Shown piece by piece: positions 1-12,062 of a stretch of DNA of 64,000 nucleotides. The translations under genes and the position numbers were made by a program. Every line of letters begins with the position of its first letter. Positions within the stretch are counted from its first letter, which is position 1. The notes under the pieces are model-generated. The model was not told where the DNA came from and did not search any database. It worked only from the letters and a program-made list of their open reading frames with translations. Source of the stretch: the human T2T-CHM13v2.0 reference genome, Homo sapiens; assembly GCF_009914755.1 (NCBI RefSeq), contig NC_060927.1. The stretch is one strand, 5' to 3'.

Positions 1-379
1 GCTCTTTCACCTATCCGCAGGTTTCACAATGAGGAGCCCTCTAAGTGCTTCTGTAGACATTATCTTATCTTGCCTTCACGGCACCCTGTGCACAATGCCA
101 TGTACCATTTTGTGAGGCTCAGTGGAAGGGCTAAGGGGGACAGGAGGCCAGCCTGGGCTCTGCCATCATAGCTACTTGCCAGAGGAAGGGATTCACTTTT
201 CTTGCATAAGTTTGCCATCTCTCCTTACCAAGCCCTGTGTCCATAGGTCTTCCCTCAGACGGAGGGAGCGCTTTTTCTAATTCACCAACCCAGAAGAGAA
301 GCCATTTCCAAATTTGCACAAGGGCACTGGTTAGCAGAGCTGTGGCCTGCCACACCTGCCTCACTGGTGAAGCAGGTGT

Positions 380-520
380 CATTTTCCACATTTTGGAGAT
401 GAGGACATTAACGTTAATTTAACTGAGGCTAAATTTCTTGCTCAGGGTGACATCATTGGCAAAGACAGAAATCAAGCTCTGTTGGGTCTGACCTTATAAC
501 TCATGTTCTCTTCTCTACTG
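380..520. mobile_element. MIR fragment (approximate)
   Basis: MIR core-like text 'ttttggagatgaggaca...actgaggct...cttgctcagggtgaca...gggtctgacc'; degenerate. Confidence 0.45.
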
Positions 521-1333
521 TTTGCACAATTCCCTAAGTATTTGTCTTGAAGGGCTAAGTTTTGTCATCCTTTCTCAGTGTGACATCTTTCTGAACCATG
601 TTGTAACACTGAGTCTTTAGGAGACTCACAGCCCTGCAGAAAGCAACGCTCTTTTTGTGTCCCTTCTCCTCTCCTCTCAATTTCTTGTTCACCCCCAACC
701 CCCTCAGTATTCTTCTCTTCACTCAATAAATATGAGATGGTGTCCTCTGCTTTCTAGTGCCTTGGTAGAATAAGAAGTAAAGCTATATCTTCAGATGGAA
801 AATAGAATAAAAATAATTCACAACTGCATTCTAAAAATGTAAACTGTTTACTTATTTCATTGAGGCTTGTTATATTTTCATAAATTCTAGAAGCAATGAC
901 TAGTGATTAGCTATATCTAGTATTAGATAAGAAAAAGGATTAAGAAGTGATGCAAGATAAAGTCCATTCTTAGTTTAAAAAGAATGGACTTTAGAATTAG
1001 GTAAACATAGAGTAAATCCCAACTTGACCACTGTTAAGCTTGGGCAATTAAGGCTTCTTTTCCCTATCTGTAACGTGGGCATTTTAATAATAGCTATCTT
1101 CTTAAGAATTTTAAAATATTGTGCCTGGTAGGTTGTAGGTACTCAGAAAGTATTAGTTTCCTCTCTTTCATCTTTCTTTAGATTGCTAACATCTTAAAGC
1201 ACCATGTCTTATTAATTTTTATTCCCTGCACCGGCCATGTAAGATATTCAGTAAATATCTGTTGAATTCATTATTATCTGCTTTACTCATACAGTTGTAA
1301 AGATTAATCCTTGGAGTGATTCCATTTGGATGC

Positions 1334-1718
1334 TGATATGGTTAGGCTTTGTGTCCCCACCCAAATCTCATCTTGAATTGTAATTCCCATAATCTCCAGG
1401 TGTCAAGGGAGAGAATAGGTGGAGGTAATTGAATCGTGGGGGCAGTTTCCCCAATGCTGTTCTTGTAATAGTGAGTGAGTTCTCAAGACATCTAACAGTT
1501 TTATAAGGGGCTCTTCCCCCCTTTTCTTGGCACATCTCCTTCCTGCTACATTGTAAAGAATGTGCCTTGCTTCCTCTTCATCTTCTGCCATGATTTGCCA
1601 TAAGTTTCCTGAGGCCTCCCCTAGCCATGCTGAACTTTGAGTCAATTAAACCTCTTTCCTTCGTAAATTACCCCGTCTCAGGTATGTCTTTATAGCAGTG
1701 TTAAAACATACTATTACA
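1334..1718 (+). mobile_element. THE1 (THE1C/D-like) MaLR solo LTR
   Basis: Starts TGATATGG..GTGTCCCCACCCAAATCTCATCTTGAATTGTA, ends ..CTATTACA (TG..CA); 5-bp TSD GATGC at 1329-1333 and 1719-1723. Confidence 0.9.
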
Positions 1719-3904
1719 GATGCTAATCTGTTAGTTTAAAGCATTATGAAATGTTCTAAGTAATAATTGAAAACAATAAATTTTATCAGGTTTTTTCTCC
1801 AAGACTCACCTCTTTCTCTGATTTCCTATCCATCAACAGCTCTCAGAACAAGAGGCTTGCCAAGCTTCTTATGTTATCACACACTCACTTCTTTTAACAG
1901 AGGCAGGAGTTGTGGCAAAATCAAAATTATCTCTTTGATTGACAATGTGAAGACATCTCTAAGAGAACAACTTGTGAAACAGAATTTAAAACTGTCATTT
2001 TGGCATTATGGTTTGACATTTGTTTGCAGTTATGTTTTTAACTGCAATTAAGGGAATCTGGATTCGCATGTACATAAGAAATAAGATTCTCATTTTCCTT
2101 TTGGTCCAATAATTTAATAAAGTTTTTAAAATAAATACTCTTAATTGTGAATAAGTCCTAATTGTGGCAACTCCAAAAATTTTAATTTTAAACCTATCTG
2201 GTGAAATTGCAGGGTAGAATGTCAATAGCCACACCTCCATCTGAGATATGCAAAGCAAAGACAGCATGACATACTGCTGGCTGGCATAAGCTTGAGTTAG
2301 CTTTGTCACTTGTGAATCATGTCACCTCAGATAGTCATTTATCACTCAGGTCTTCATTTCTTCTAAAACGGAGGGAGTTGTATTAACATATTTCTAAGGA
2401 ATGAAAAGAAAGAACCACTATATCCCCAGAGAATAAAACAGTGCCAGACACATAGTCAGCTCTCAATATTTGCTGTAGGGATGGATGCATGCATGGATGG
2501 GAATGAATTTAATTTCTATCAAACAACTGATCATGGAATTTAAAACTGGGAAGCTCCAGTTTTTCTTTCAGGCCAGAGAGCTTTTGACTTTCAAAAATCA
2601 GACCTAGGAGTACAATGAGAACTCCTGGATTCTAATGGTAATCTTCTTTATTAGATTCTTAGTAAAATTTAAATTTAGAATCTAAATCTGTGTCGTTTCC
2701 TATAATTCTAAAACATCAACATCTCTTGAACTGGTTCTAGAAAAAGAAGTCAGATACCTAAATAGCTATACATTTTCAGCTACTTATAACATGGAAAAAT
2801 ATGTACTATGCCTTTACAATAAATATTTTATTTCTTACAATTCCTCTAAATTTCTAGCAAAAAGTCCTACGTGAGTCAGAGTTGGTTCTTCATAGTTTTT
2901 TTCAACACAAGATTGTTTTCTCTTTATCAATGGCCTAAGATTGTTTTATGATCTTGAACAATGTGTGAGCAGCCCCATGGTTGTACTGTACAAGTGTGAT
3001 TTTTATTTTTGGAATCTAGATTATCTTTTTCACACATATAATCATTCCTGTATACGTTACTCACTGCCCATTCCATTCTAATCAAGAACAATGAGTGCAT
3101 ATAACATCACGTATAATTATTCTTTCTGCTTTATCCCATTAAAGAGTCTCACTGAAGATTTCTTAGAGTCAGGAATGGAGGCTCAGCAGGGAATCAAAGC
3201 GGTATAAAAGTCCTTCTCATTTCTGTAACCATAATATCAAGCAAAATTACCATCACAGATACAAATTTATATTTTTATAACAATTTACTCAAAACACCAT
3301 ATACTTTGTTAGAAATGTCATAAAGAACTTCATAATTCCTTGAAAATTCAGTGAATAATTATCACTTCATTAACATTGTTTGCATCCTAGCTTACTATAT
3401 TTTAGCTGCTATAATCTACTAGACTTTTTAAGTTTTTCTTCCAAAAGGTTACATTTAACATGAGTTCCATGTACTGAGTCCATCAGAGGAATGCATTTGG
3501 AATGGATTCTACTTTTTATGGTATCAAAATTATAACTATATCCAGGGAGACTGAAATTCAAGCATCTCAAATATTCAGTACCATCTACTTTATAGTAAAG
3601 GTAGCTTCTAATGTATTCACAGGCACTATCAGGAGATGCTCATTTGGATTTTCTAATCAATAAGACTTCTTTTCCAACAGGAAACCTAATTTAAGAAATT
3701 AAGCAGATCAAATTGTTAGGCTCTCTGGATACTTCTAACAAGCACATGACTAGACACATTTATTCTGTAATCCTGGCATTTTGAAAACCAGGTGAAGTGC
3801 TACTTTATTTCCATTGACAGCTGCTCCTTAGCTTGATCAAGTTACTATCATGATATTCTCATATTATTGCTGAAGCTGTACAATACCACTTATAGGAAGA
3901 CCAT

Positions 3905-4330
3905 TGTATTAGTTTCCTATTGCTGCTGTAACAAATGACCACAAATTTAGTGGCTTAAAATAACACAGATTTATTGTCTTACAGTTCTGGAGGTCAGAAG
4001 TTCAAATGAATCTTAAGGGGGTAAAATCAAGGTGTCAGCAGGGCTGGTTCCCTCTGCAGGATCCAGAGAAGACATTCCTTACATCTTCCATCTGTTACAA
4101 GTTGTCAGCATTCCTTAGCTCCTGGCCACATGAATCCAATCTCTGCTTTCATTGTCATATAACCTTCCCCCACACTAACCCTCTGCCCCATCCAGATAAT
4201 TCAAAATAATCTCCTCACCTCAAGATCCTTAACTTTATCACATCTACAAAGTCCCTTTTCCCATATAAGGAAACATACTCACAGATTCAGATATGGACAT
4301 CTTTGGAGGCAATTATTCAGCCTATCAAAC
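3905..4330 (-). mobile_element. MLT1-type MaLR LTR
   Basis: 'tgtattagtttcctattgctgctgtaacaaatgaccacaaatttagtggcttaaaa...cttacagttctggaggtcagaag' is the reverse-complement 3' end of MLT1 LTRs. Confidence 0.75.
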
Positions 4331-5466
4331 TGTGATAAGCTAAAAATGTCTATTATCAACCCTGTAGCAACCACTAAAATAAAACTAAACAAAGAGTTAT
4401 AGCTAATAAGCCAACAAAAGAGATAAAATTGAATCATAAAACATGCAAAATCCAAAAGAAAACAGAAAGAAGGGAAAGGGAAGAAAAAACAGATGGGAAA
4501 AATAGGAAAGAAATGGCAAAATGGTAGATTTAAGCCTAACTATATCAATGATTAAATTAAATGTAAATTGTCTAAACATTCTAATTAAAATGCAGAGATT
4601 GTCAGATTGTATAAGAAAGTAAGATTTAGATATATGCTGCCTGCAGGAAACATATTTTAAATATAAAGACATATGAGGTCAAAAATAAAAGAATGGGAAA
4701 AGACATAACACACTGACCCTAATCAGAAAGCTGTAATGGCTTTACAAAGTAGATTTTGGAACAAAAAAAATATTACCAGAAGTAAAGAAGTTCATTTTAT
4801 AATGATAAGTAGGTCAACTCATCAGGAGGACATAACACTTCTAAATATTTGCACATCTAATAACAGACCTTAAAAATACAGGAAGCAAAAACTGGATGGA
4901 ATTCCAAGAAGTAGGCAAATTCACAATTATTGTTAAAGATGTCAATACCCCCTCTTAATAGCTGATAAAACAAGTAATAGGACAATCAGTAGGCTATAGA
5001 AGACTTGAACTTTGTAATCAATTAACATAATTGACATTTATACAACATTTCACCCAACAACAGCAGAATACACATTTTCCCGCCGTGGTTATACAGATTA
5101 CTCACTGAGACAGACTGTATGATTGGGACATGAAATAAAACCAAAGAAATTTTAAAGGATTTAAATAATACAGTGTACTGTATGTTCTCTGGTCACAGTG
5201 TAATTAACGTGGAAATCAAATACAGAAAATTATCTTGACAGTCCCCTAAATATTTGTAAATTATATAACAATTCTAAATAAGACAGTGGTCAAATAAAAT
5301 ATCAAAAGGGAAATTAGAAAGTATTTTGAACTAAATGAAAATGAAAACATCAAAATTTATGAGATGTCACCAAAGAAAAACTTAGGGACAAATGTCTATG
5401 TGAAAAAAGAAAAAAAGGTTTCAGCTTCCACTTTAGGCAATTAGAAAAACAGACGAGGAAAAAATT

Positions 5467-5835
5467 CCCAAGATAGGCAGAAGAAAGTAAAAAATATCAG
5501 AGTTGTAATCAATGGAAAACAGAAAAACAATAGACAATATCAGTGAAACAAAAATTTGTTTCTTTGAGATCAATAAAATTAATAAACCTCAAGGTAGACT
5601 AATCAGGAATAAAAAAGAGAAGTCAGAAATTACTAATATCAGAAATAAGAGGGATGATACTACTACAGATCCCTCAGATATTAAGATGATAATACAGAAA
5701 TATCATGAACAGCTTTATAATAAATATTATGAACAACTTTATGTCATTAATTTTGACAACTCTGATGAGATGGACAAAATTTTTTAAACAAACTACCAAA
5801 GCTCACTAAAGAAGAAATGGATAACATGAATAGTT
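5467..5835 (+). repeat. Left arm of 370-bp inverted duplication (partner 10441-10807)
   Basis: Manual alignment to the reverse complement of 10441-10807 gives about 9 substitutions and 2 single-base indels. Confidence 0.92.
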
Positions 5836-6555
5836 CTGTATCTTTTAAAGAAATTGAATTTGTAATTTAAAATCTTCTCACAAAGAAAACTTCCAGCCCA
5901 GAGGTTTTACTGGTGAATTTTACCAAGCATTTAAGGAAAAGATAATACTATTTATACTCAAACTCTTCCTGAAAATTGAATAAGAAAGAACAGTTCCCAT
6001 CTTAATTTATGAAGCCAGTATTATTCTGATAACAAAACCTGACAAAGACATAACAAGAAAATTAACAGACCAACATTCCTAATGAGCATTGATACAAAAA
6101 TTCTAAACAAAATTTTAGCAAATTGAAGGGGCTAAAATCAAGATAACATATAAAAGGAAATAAATCATGAATAAGTGGAGTTTATCATAAGAATATAGGA
6201 TTAGTTTAACATAAAAATCAATGACATTCAACAGATAAAAGAGATAAATTCAACTTTATCAAAATTAACGTGTTCTTCAAAAGACACTTTAAGAGAATGA
6301 AAATAAAAACCACAGACTGGAATAATATATTTGCAAAGGATCTATATAATAAAGGAGTTTTTCTATAATATACAATGATATTTAGAAACTCAGTTACATG
6401 AACATAAACATCCTAATAAAAAATGAACAAAAGACTTGAATAGACAACACCAAATATATACAAATGACCAATAAAATAAGCACATAAAGTGATGCTCAAT
6501 ATCATTACTCATTAGGGAAATGCAAACTAAAACCACAATAAGATACTACTATACA

Positions 6556-6860
<305 letters not shown>

Positions 6861-7475
6861 ACTACTATACATTTTTAGAACATGTAAAAACTTAAAACCT
6901 GAAAGTATGAAGTGTTTACAAAGATATGGAGGAACTTGAACTCTTATAATCTACTGGTAGGCATGTCAAATAGTACAACTTATTAGAAAAACAGTTTGGA
7001 CGTTTCTTTAAAAGTTAAATATATACCTACCTTGTTACCCAGCCATTTCATGCCTATGTATTTACCCAAGACAAATGAAACCATATATCAATACAAAAAC
7101 TTGTACACAGGTATTGAGAGCAGCTTAATTTCTAATAGCCAAAATATATACAACAACCTAAATGTTAACCAACAGATGAATGGATGAACAGATTGTAGTG
7201 TATCTGTACAATGGACTACTACTCAGCAATAAAATGAATGAACTATCAATAAGGTACAACCTGGATGAATCTAAAATAATTATGCTGAGTAAAAGATGCC
7301 AGACCAAAAAAAGAATATACTGTATGACTTCAGAATCATATAGTGTATTTTCAGAATATACAGTATTTCAGAATATATCTACATATCCCCAAAATGCAGA
7401 CGAATCTATAGTGACAGAAACCAAAGTATTGATTGCCTGGAGGAGAGGGGCAGGAGTGATGGATTACAAAGAGGC

Positions 7476-7789
7476 GGATGGGCACGGCGGCTCACGCCTG
7501 TAATCCCAGCACTTTGGGAGGCCGAGGTGGGCGGATCATAAGGTCAGGAGCGAGACCATCCTGGCTAACACGACGAAACCCCGTCTCTACTAAAAAAATA
7601 CAAAAAAAATAGCCGGGCGTGGTGGCGGGCGCCTGTAGTCCCAGCTACTCGGGAGGCTGAGGCAGGAGAATGGCGTGAACCCGGGAGGCGGAGCTTGCAG
7701 TGAGCCGAGATCCGCCATTGCACTCCAGCCTGGGCCACAGAGCGAGACTCTGTCTCAAAAATAATAATAATAAATAAATAAATAAACAA
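7476..7789 (+). mobile_element. AluY
   Basis: Full dimer with Y diagnostics (accatcctggctaacac, ggcgtgaacccgggaggcggagcttgcag); (TAA)/(TAAA) tail; TSD acaaagaggc at 7466-7475 and 7790-7799. Confidence 0.92.
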
Positions 7790-8049
7790 ACAAAGAGGCA
7801 ACCCCCTTAACCACCCACCATCTACAGACCATAAGGAAGTTGAGAAAGCTGTTGGTGTCCCAAGGGCAAAACCTAATAGCTCTTCAGATGTGGCCAACCC
7901 AGATAATGAAAAAGAGGCACATTTCAGAGAGGAAAGCTAGGAGCTGCGGCAAAAATTGAACTTAGCAGTTACTGGAAGTAAAAAGAATCACAGTCCAAGC
8001 AAGAAATGTTCCCCTCCTTTAGCGTAGGCTTCCCGTGGGATTTCAGAGT

Positions 8050-8385
8050 TGTGATGGAATCCACTGGTGCCAGTCAGGTGACTTACAGTGCACCTCCCAG
8101 TGAGAGGACTGTGCTATCCACACCTGATTGCTATGAGACTTGGTCAATTGATTTGTTCTGCCATTGAAATGTGAGAGAAGTGATATATACCAATTCTAAG
8201 CAGAAACTTTAAGAGATTCTATGTTTTGGCTTGTTTTGTTTTGTTTCTTGCCACAATAACAGCATTCTCAAGTAAGAGCTGCTCCCTGGGCTCTCTTGTA
8301 TCCTGGTACAAAATGTGGAGCAAGGAAGCAGATAACACATAATCCAAGAAAAATAAACTTTGATATTGTAAGCCGCTGAGAGCAT
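8050..8385 (+). mobile_element. Old MLT1 LTR fragment
   Basis: 'gccattgaaatgtgagagaagtgatatataccaattctaagcagaaactttaagag...aataaactttgatattgtaagccgctgag' resembles MLT1H/I/J. Confidence 0.55.
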
Positions 8386-8949
8386 ATACATGTTAAACTT
8401 AAGATGTTTCTAAAATAAAGTAAAACAGTCAGGTGGAGAGTTGGATACATGAATCAGATACTCAGGAACAGATCTGAACTGGAGATAAAATTTAAGAGTT
8501 GTCAGCAGCTAGATCGCATTAGAGGAAGATGACTCTGCAAAGGAGACAGGAATGGCCAGATATTTGGAAGAAAGCCCTGAGTAAAATTTTTGATGTAATC
8601 TCACTTTTGCTCTCCTCATTCTTTATTCCTTTCTCTTCACTTCCATTTTTCCAGCCTAAAGACTAATGTGCAAGCATCAAGCCTGCTGGGTCTGCCTCAC
8701 ACGTTAATAGATCTCCCTTTCACATTTGCTGGATTTTGAGCACAATTTGAACAGTGACTCTCCCTTCCTAGTTCACCTCTATATCTCCAGGGCTGGATGA
8801 CACTGCCTTGTTCAGAGAGGACAGTAAACCCCATCACACAGGAGAGTGACCTACAACTCACCTGCACATTGCTTCACCTCGGTTTTTACCTTCAATTCTC
8901 TTTCTTCCACATACACATTCTACTCTGTCCTCTGGCTGTATCAATAATT

Positions 8950-10440
8950 GTTTTTTTAAAATAAATTTTGAGTAGATACATTGAAGGTTTGTATATGTAT
9001 CAAATATAAAGAGCTACAATACAGTGAACTTCTGTGTATCAACCACTCAGTTTAGGAAAAAGAACCTTACCATTATCTTTGAAGTTTTCTTTTGCTTCTT
9101 CCCAATTCCATCTCCTTCTCTCCTTCCTCAGAGAAAACCACCAGCCTGCGTTTTGTGGTTCTCAACAAATGAGGAATAGAAGAAAACTTCCTAAAACTGA
9201 TAAAGAACATCTACAAAAACCTACAGATAACTTCTATTGTGTCCGTGTTTCTCTCTATAATTTTACCAAGCATGTTTGTATTCCTAAAAAATGTTAGATT
9301 TTGCATGTATTTTATCTTCACATAAATAAAATCATTCCATATGTATCATTCTAATTTGTTCTTTGTGCTCAATATTATGTTCCTGAGATTTGTTTATAAA
9401 GTTTTATGTAGCTGAGGATTATTCATTTCTTCATCTATATTGTATGCTAAGGTATACCACAATTTATCTGTTCTGCTCTAGCCTTATTCCATTCATTTTG
9501 ATAGCAATTAATAATTTCATTATTGTTCAGTTCGAAGTATTTTCAAATACCAATTGTGATTTTTATTTGACTCATGAGCTATTCAAAAATACATTTAATA
9601 AATGTTAAAAATACTTGAAGCTATTTATCTTTTGTTACTGACATTTCTTTGTTTTCATGGAATATACATTATTACAGTGCTATTCTATAGAAGTATTATG
9701 TTATACTTCTACGTATGTAATTTTAAAATGCTTAGTTGCCACATTAAAGAATAAAAATAAGTAAAATCAATTTTAATAATTTATTTAACTCAAACTATCC
9801 AAAACATTATTTAAATATGTAATTGTCTTAAAATGTTATCACAGGTATTTTAGATATTTTGTACTAGATTTTCAAATTGGTATGTATTCTACATTTATAG
9901 CACATCTTAACTTGAACTGGCCACATTTTAACTGCTCAATAGTTACATGAAGCTAGTGGCTACCATATTGAACAATGCAGGTTATAGTATAACAATTGTT
10001 TGAAATTAGCTAAAACTTACTTTTTGTCCTAGAAGTGGTCAATTCCATATGAGCTGGAAAATAATGATGTATTTTTCCACTAATTGTGTACAAGGTTCTA
10101 GATGTGAACCTAAATCTATCTTATGAACCTTAAATCTCCTTTATCTTTAATTAACTATTTCTTTGCTTGACCCTGGATTGCTACATTACACAACTATAAC
10201 AAAGACATTCACCATAACAGTCTGGAGTTGTGCAGTTTATACTTCCATTGACATATGTGGTGGTCCTGGGCTGATTTGTCTATAACTGAGAAATCTATGG
10301 TAGATTCTACCACTAAGGTGTGGATTTAAGAATTTCTTTGTACACTTATATCAAGTTTTGCTTTATATATTTTGAGGCTATTTTAATAGGCACTTGTAAG
10401 TTTAGAATATTCATAGTAAATTAAACTTACCATAATTATC
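8950..10440 (-). mobile_element. Ancient L1ME-like fragments (antisense), with nested elements
   Basis: T-rich antisense L1 3'-end phrases ('aaccaccagcctgcgttttgtg', 'ttttgctttatatattttgaggctattttaataggcac'). Confidence 0.55.
9676..9980 (+). mobile_element. MER33 (hAT-Charlie) DNA transposon fossil
   Basis: Begins cagtgctattctatagaa.., ends ..gctagtggctaccatattgaacaatgcag; internal 'gccacattttaactgctcaatag'. Confidence 0.75.
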
Positions 10441-10807
10441 AACTATTCATGTTATCTATTTCTTCTTTAGTGAGCTTTGGTAGTTTGTTTAAAAATTTTG
10501 TCCATTTCATCAGAGTTGTCAAAATTAATGACATAAAACTGTTCATAATATTTATTATAAAGCTGCTCATAATATTTCTGTATTATCATCTTAATATCTG
10601 AGGGATCTGTAGTAGTATCATCCCTCTTATTTCTGATATTAGTAATTTCTGACTTCTCTTTTTTATTCCTAATTAGTCTACCTTGAGGTTTATTAATTTT
10701 ATTGATCTCAAAGAAACAAATTTTTGTTTCACTGATATTGTCTATTTTTTTTTGTTTTCCATTGATTACAACTCTGATATTTTTTACTTTCTTCTGCCTA
10801 TCTTGGG
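10441..10807 (-). repeat. Right arm of 370-bp inverted duplication of L1 segment 5467-5835
   Basis: Reverse complement reads cccaagataggcagaagaaagtaaaaaatatcagagttg...ataacatgaatagtt, ~97% identical to 5467-5835. Confidence 0.92.
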
Positions 10808-11968
10808 TCTTGGTATTAGGAAATGAGGAAACAGTTTGAGGTATCCCAAAGAAGTAGACTATATAGAACTCACTACTGCATGGTTGTAGTAAAAGAGAGA
10901 GAAGAAAATGTCAGAGATGATTCAAACCTTCAGAAATGACCCTTGAAGGTTTTCAGAAGTCAGGAAGAAAGGAAAGATCATAGGAGATGATGTTTATTTT
11001 GGTTTTTGATGTATAAAATTTTTGGTGTTGATGGATCATTAGGGTGGAGATGTTGAACATGCAATTATAAATCAAAGTCACAGGTTTTTGCAGAAGGGTC
11101 AGAGCTAAAAGGAAGAGAGTGATGATGAAAAACAAAAGGATTAGAAGAATGAATGAGCAATAGAGAAGAATCACATACATAGAACATGAGAAGAGTCATA
11201 GTGATCATGCAAGGAGGAAGGATCCCTGATCAATAAGCATACTTTTGCTGCTACTGTTGATTTTTTATCTTAATTTCAGTGCCCCTGTGAAATTCTCTCT
11301 TTAATTTCCTCCTGTCCTTACTTCCATCCAGAGGATCACAAGCTAAGCATTAAGATCTGCTTATGTGGATTAAGATGATAAAGTGATCTTTATGTTTTCT
11401 AATTTCTAATATGTTTTATGCTATATTGCATCCCCGACATCACACATCTCTCTACTTAATTTGGTTTGTTCCTATCAATATTTGAGATAAGTAAAAGAAA
11501 AGAAAATTTCACAGGAACTGCTAACATGTATTGGCTTAATGGCATATCCCAACATATTTTCCTTTTTTAAAGAAACCAAATATTGTCTGGTGCTATTTTA
11601 GAATTTAGTCTTATACTTTTTGAACCACAACTTATAACATTTTATTTTATTTTTTGCACACATGAACAGCCAGAAGACATTTCATTGTATTTGTGACTCT
11701 GCATATGTAGTTAATGTTTATTGCCAAAATAATATCTTATTACTTATTAAGCAAAAATTAAGCCTGGGAAAAATACCATAATACAAGTGCTGCATAGCAC
11801 TTGTAAATTGCTGTTAATAGTTAAAATGATATGTAGTAGCAGCATATATACTGCTGAAGAAAATAAACAGACTAAGTTTTGAAGTAATATCTCCCGACCC
11901 AGGAACTACAACTTAGGAATTGTGTTAGGGGTAAGTATTGACTCATTTGTCGGGTTTGTGATTTTCAG

Positions 11969-12062
11969 GGAATTGATGCTGATTTCACATCAGAAAAGCA
12001 TCGAGCAGCTGCAAGAAACCCTTAGACAGAAGCTGCTGAGTGATGATAACTGGAAGGAGAAG
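11969..12062 (+). CDS. LEKR1: LEKR1 internal coding exon (94 nt; (R)ELMLISHQKSIEQLQETLRQKLLSDDNWKEK)
   Basis: Acceptor attttcag|G, donor AAG|gtaatg; coiled-coil-like translation; splices in frame to the next exon. Confidence 0.88.
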
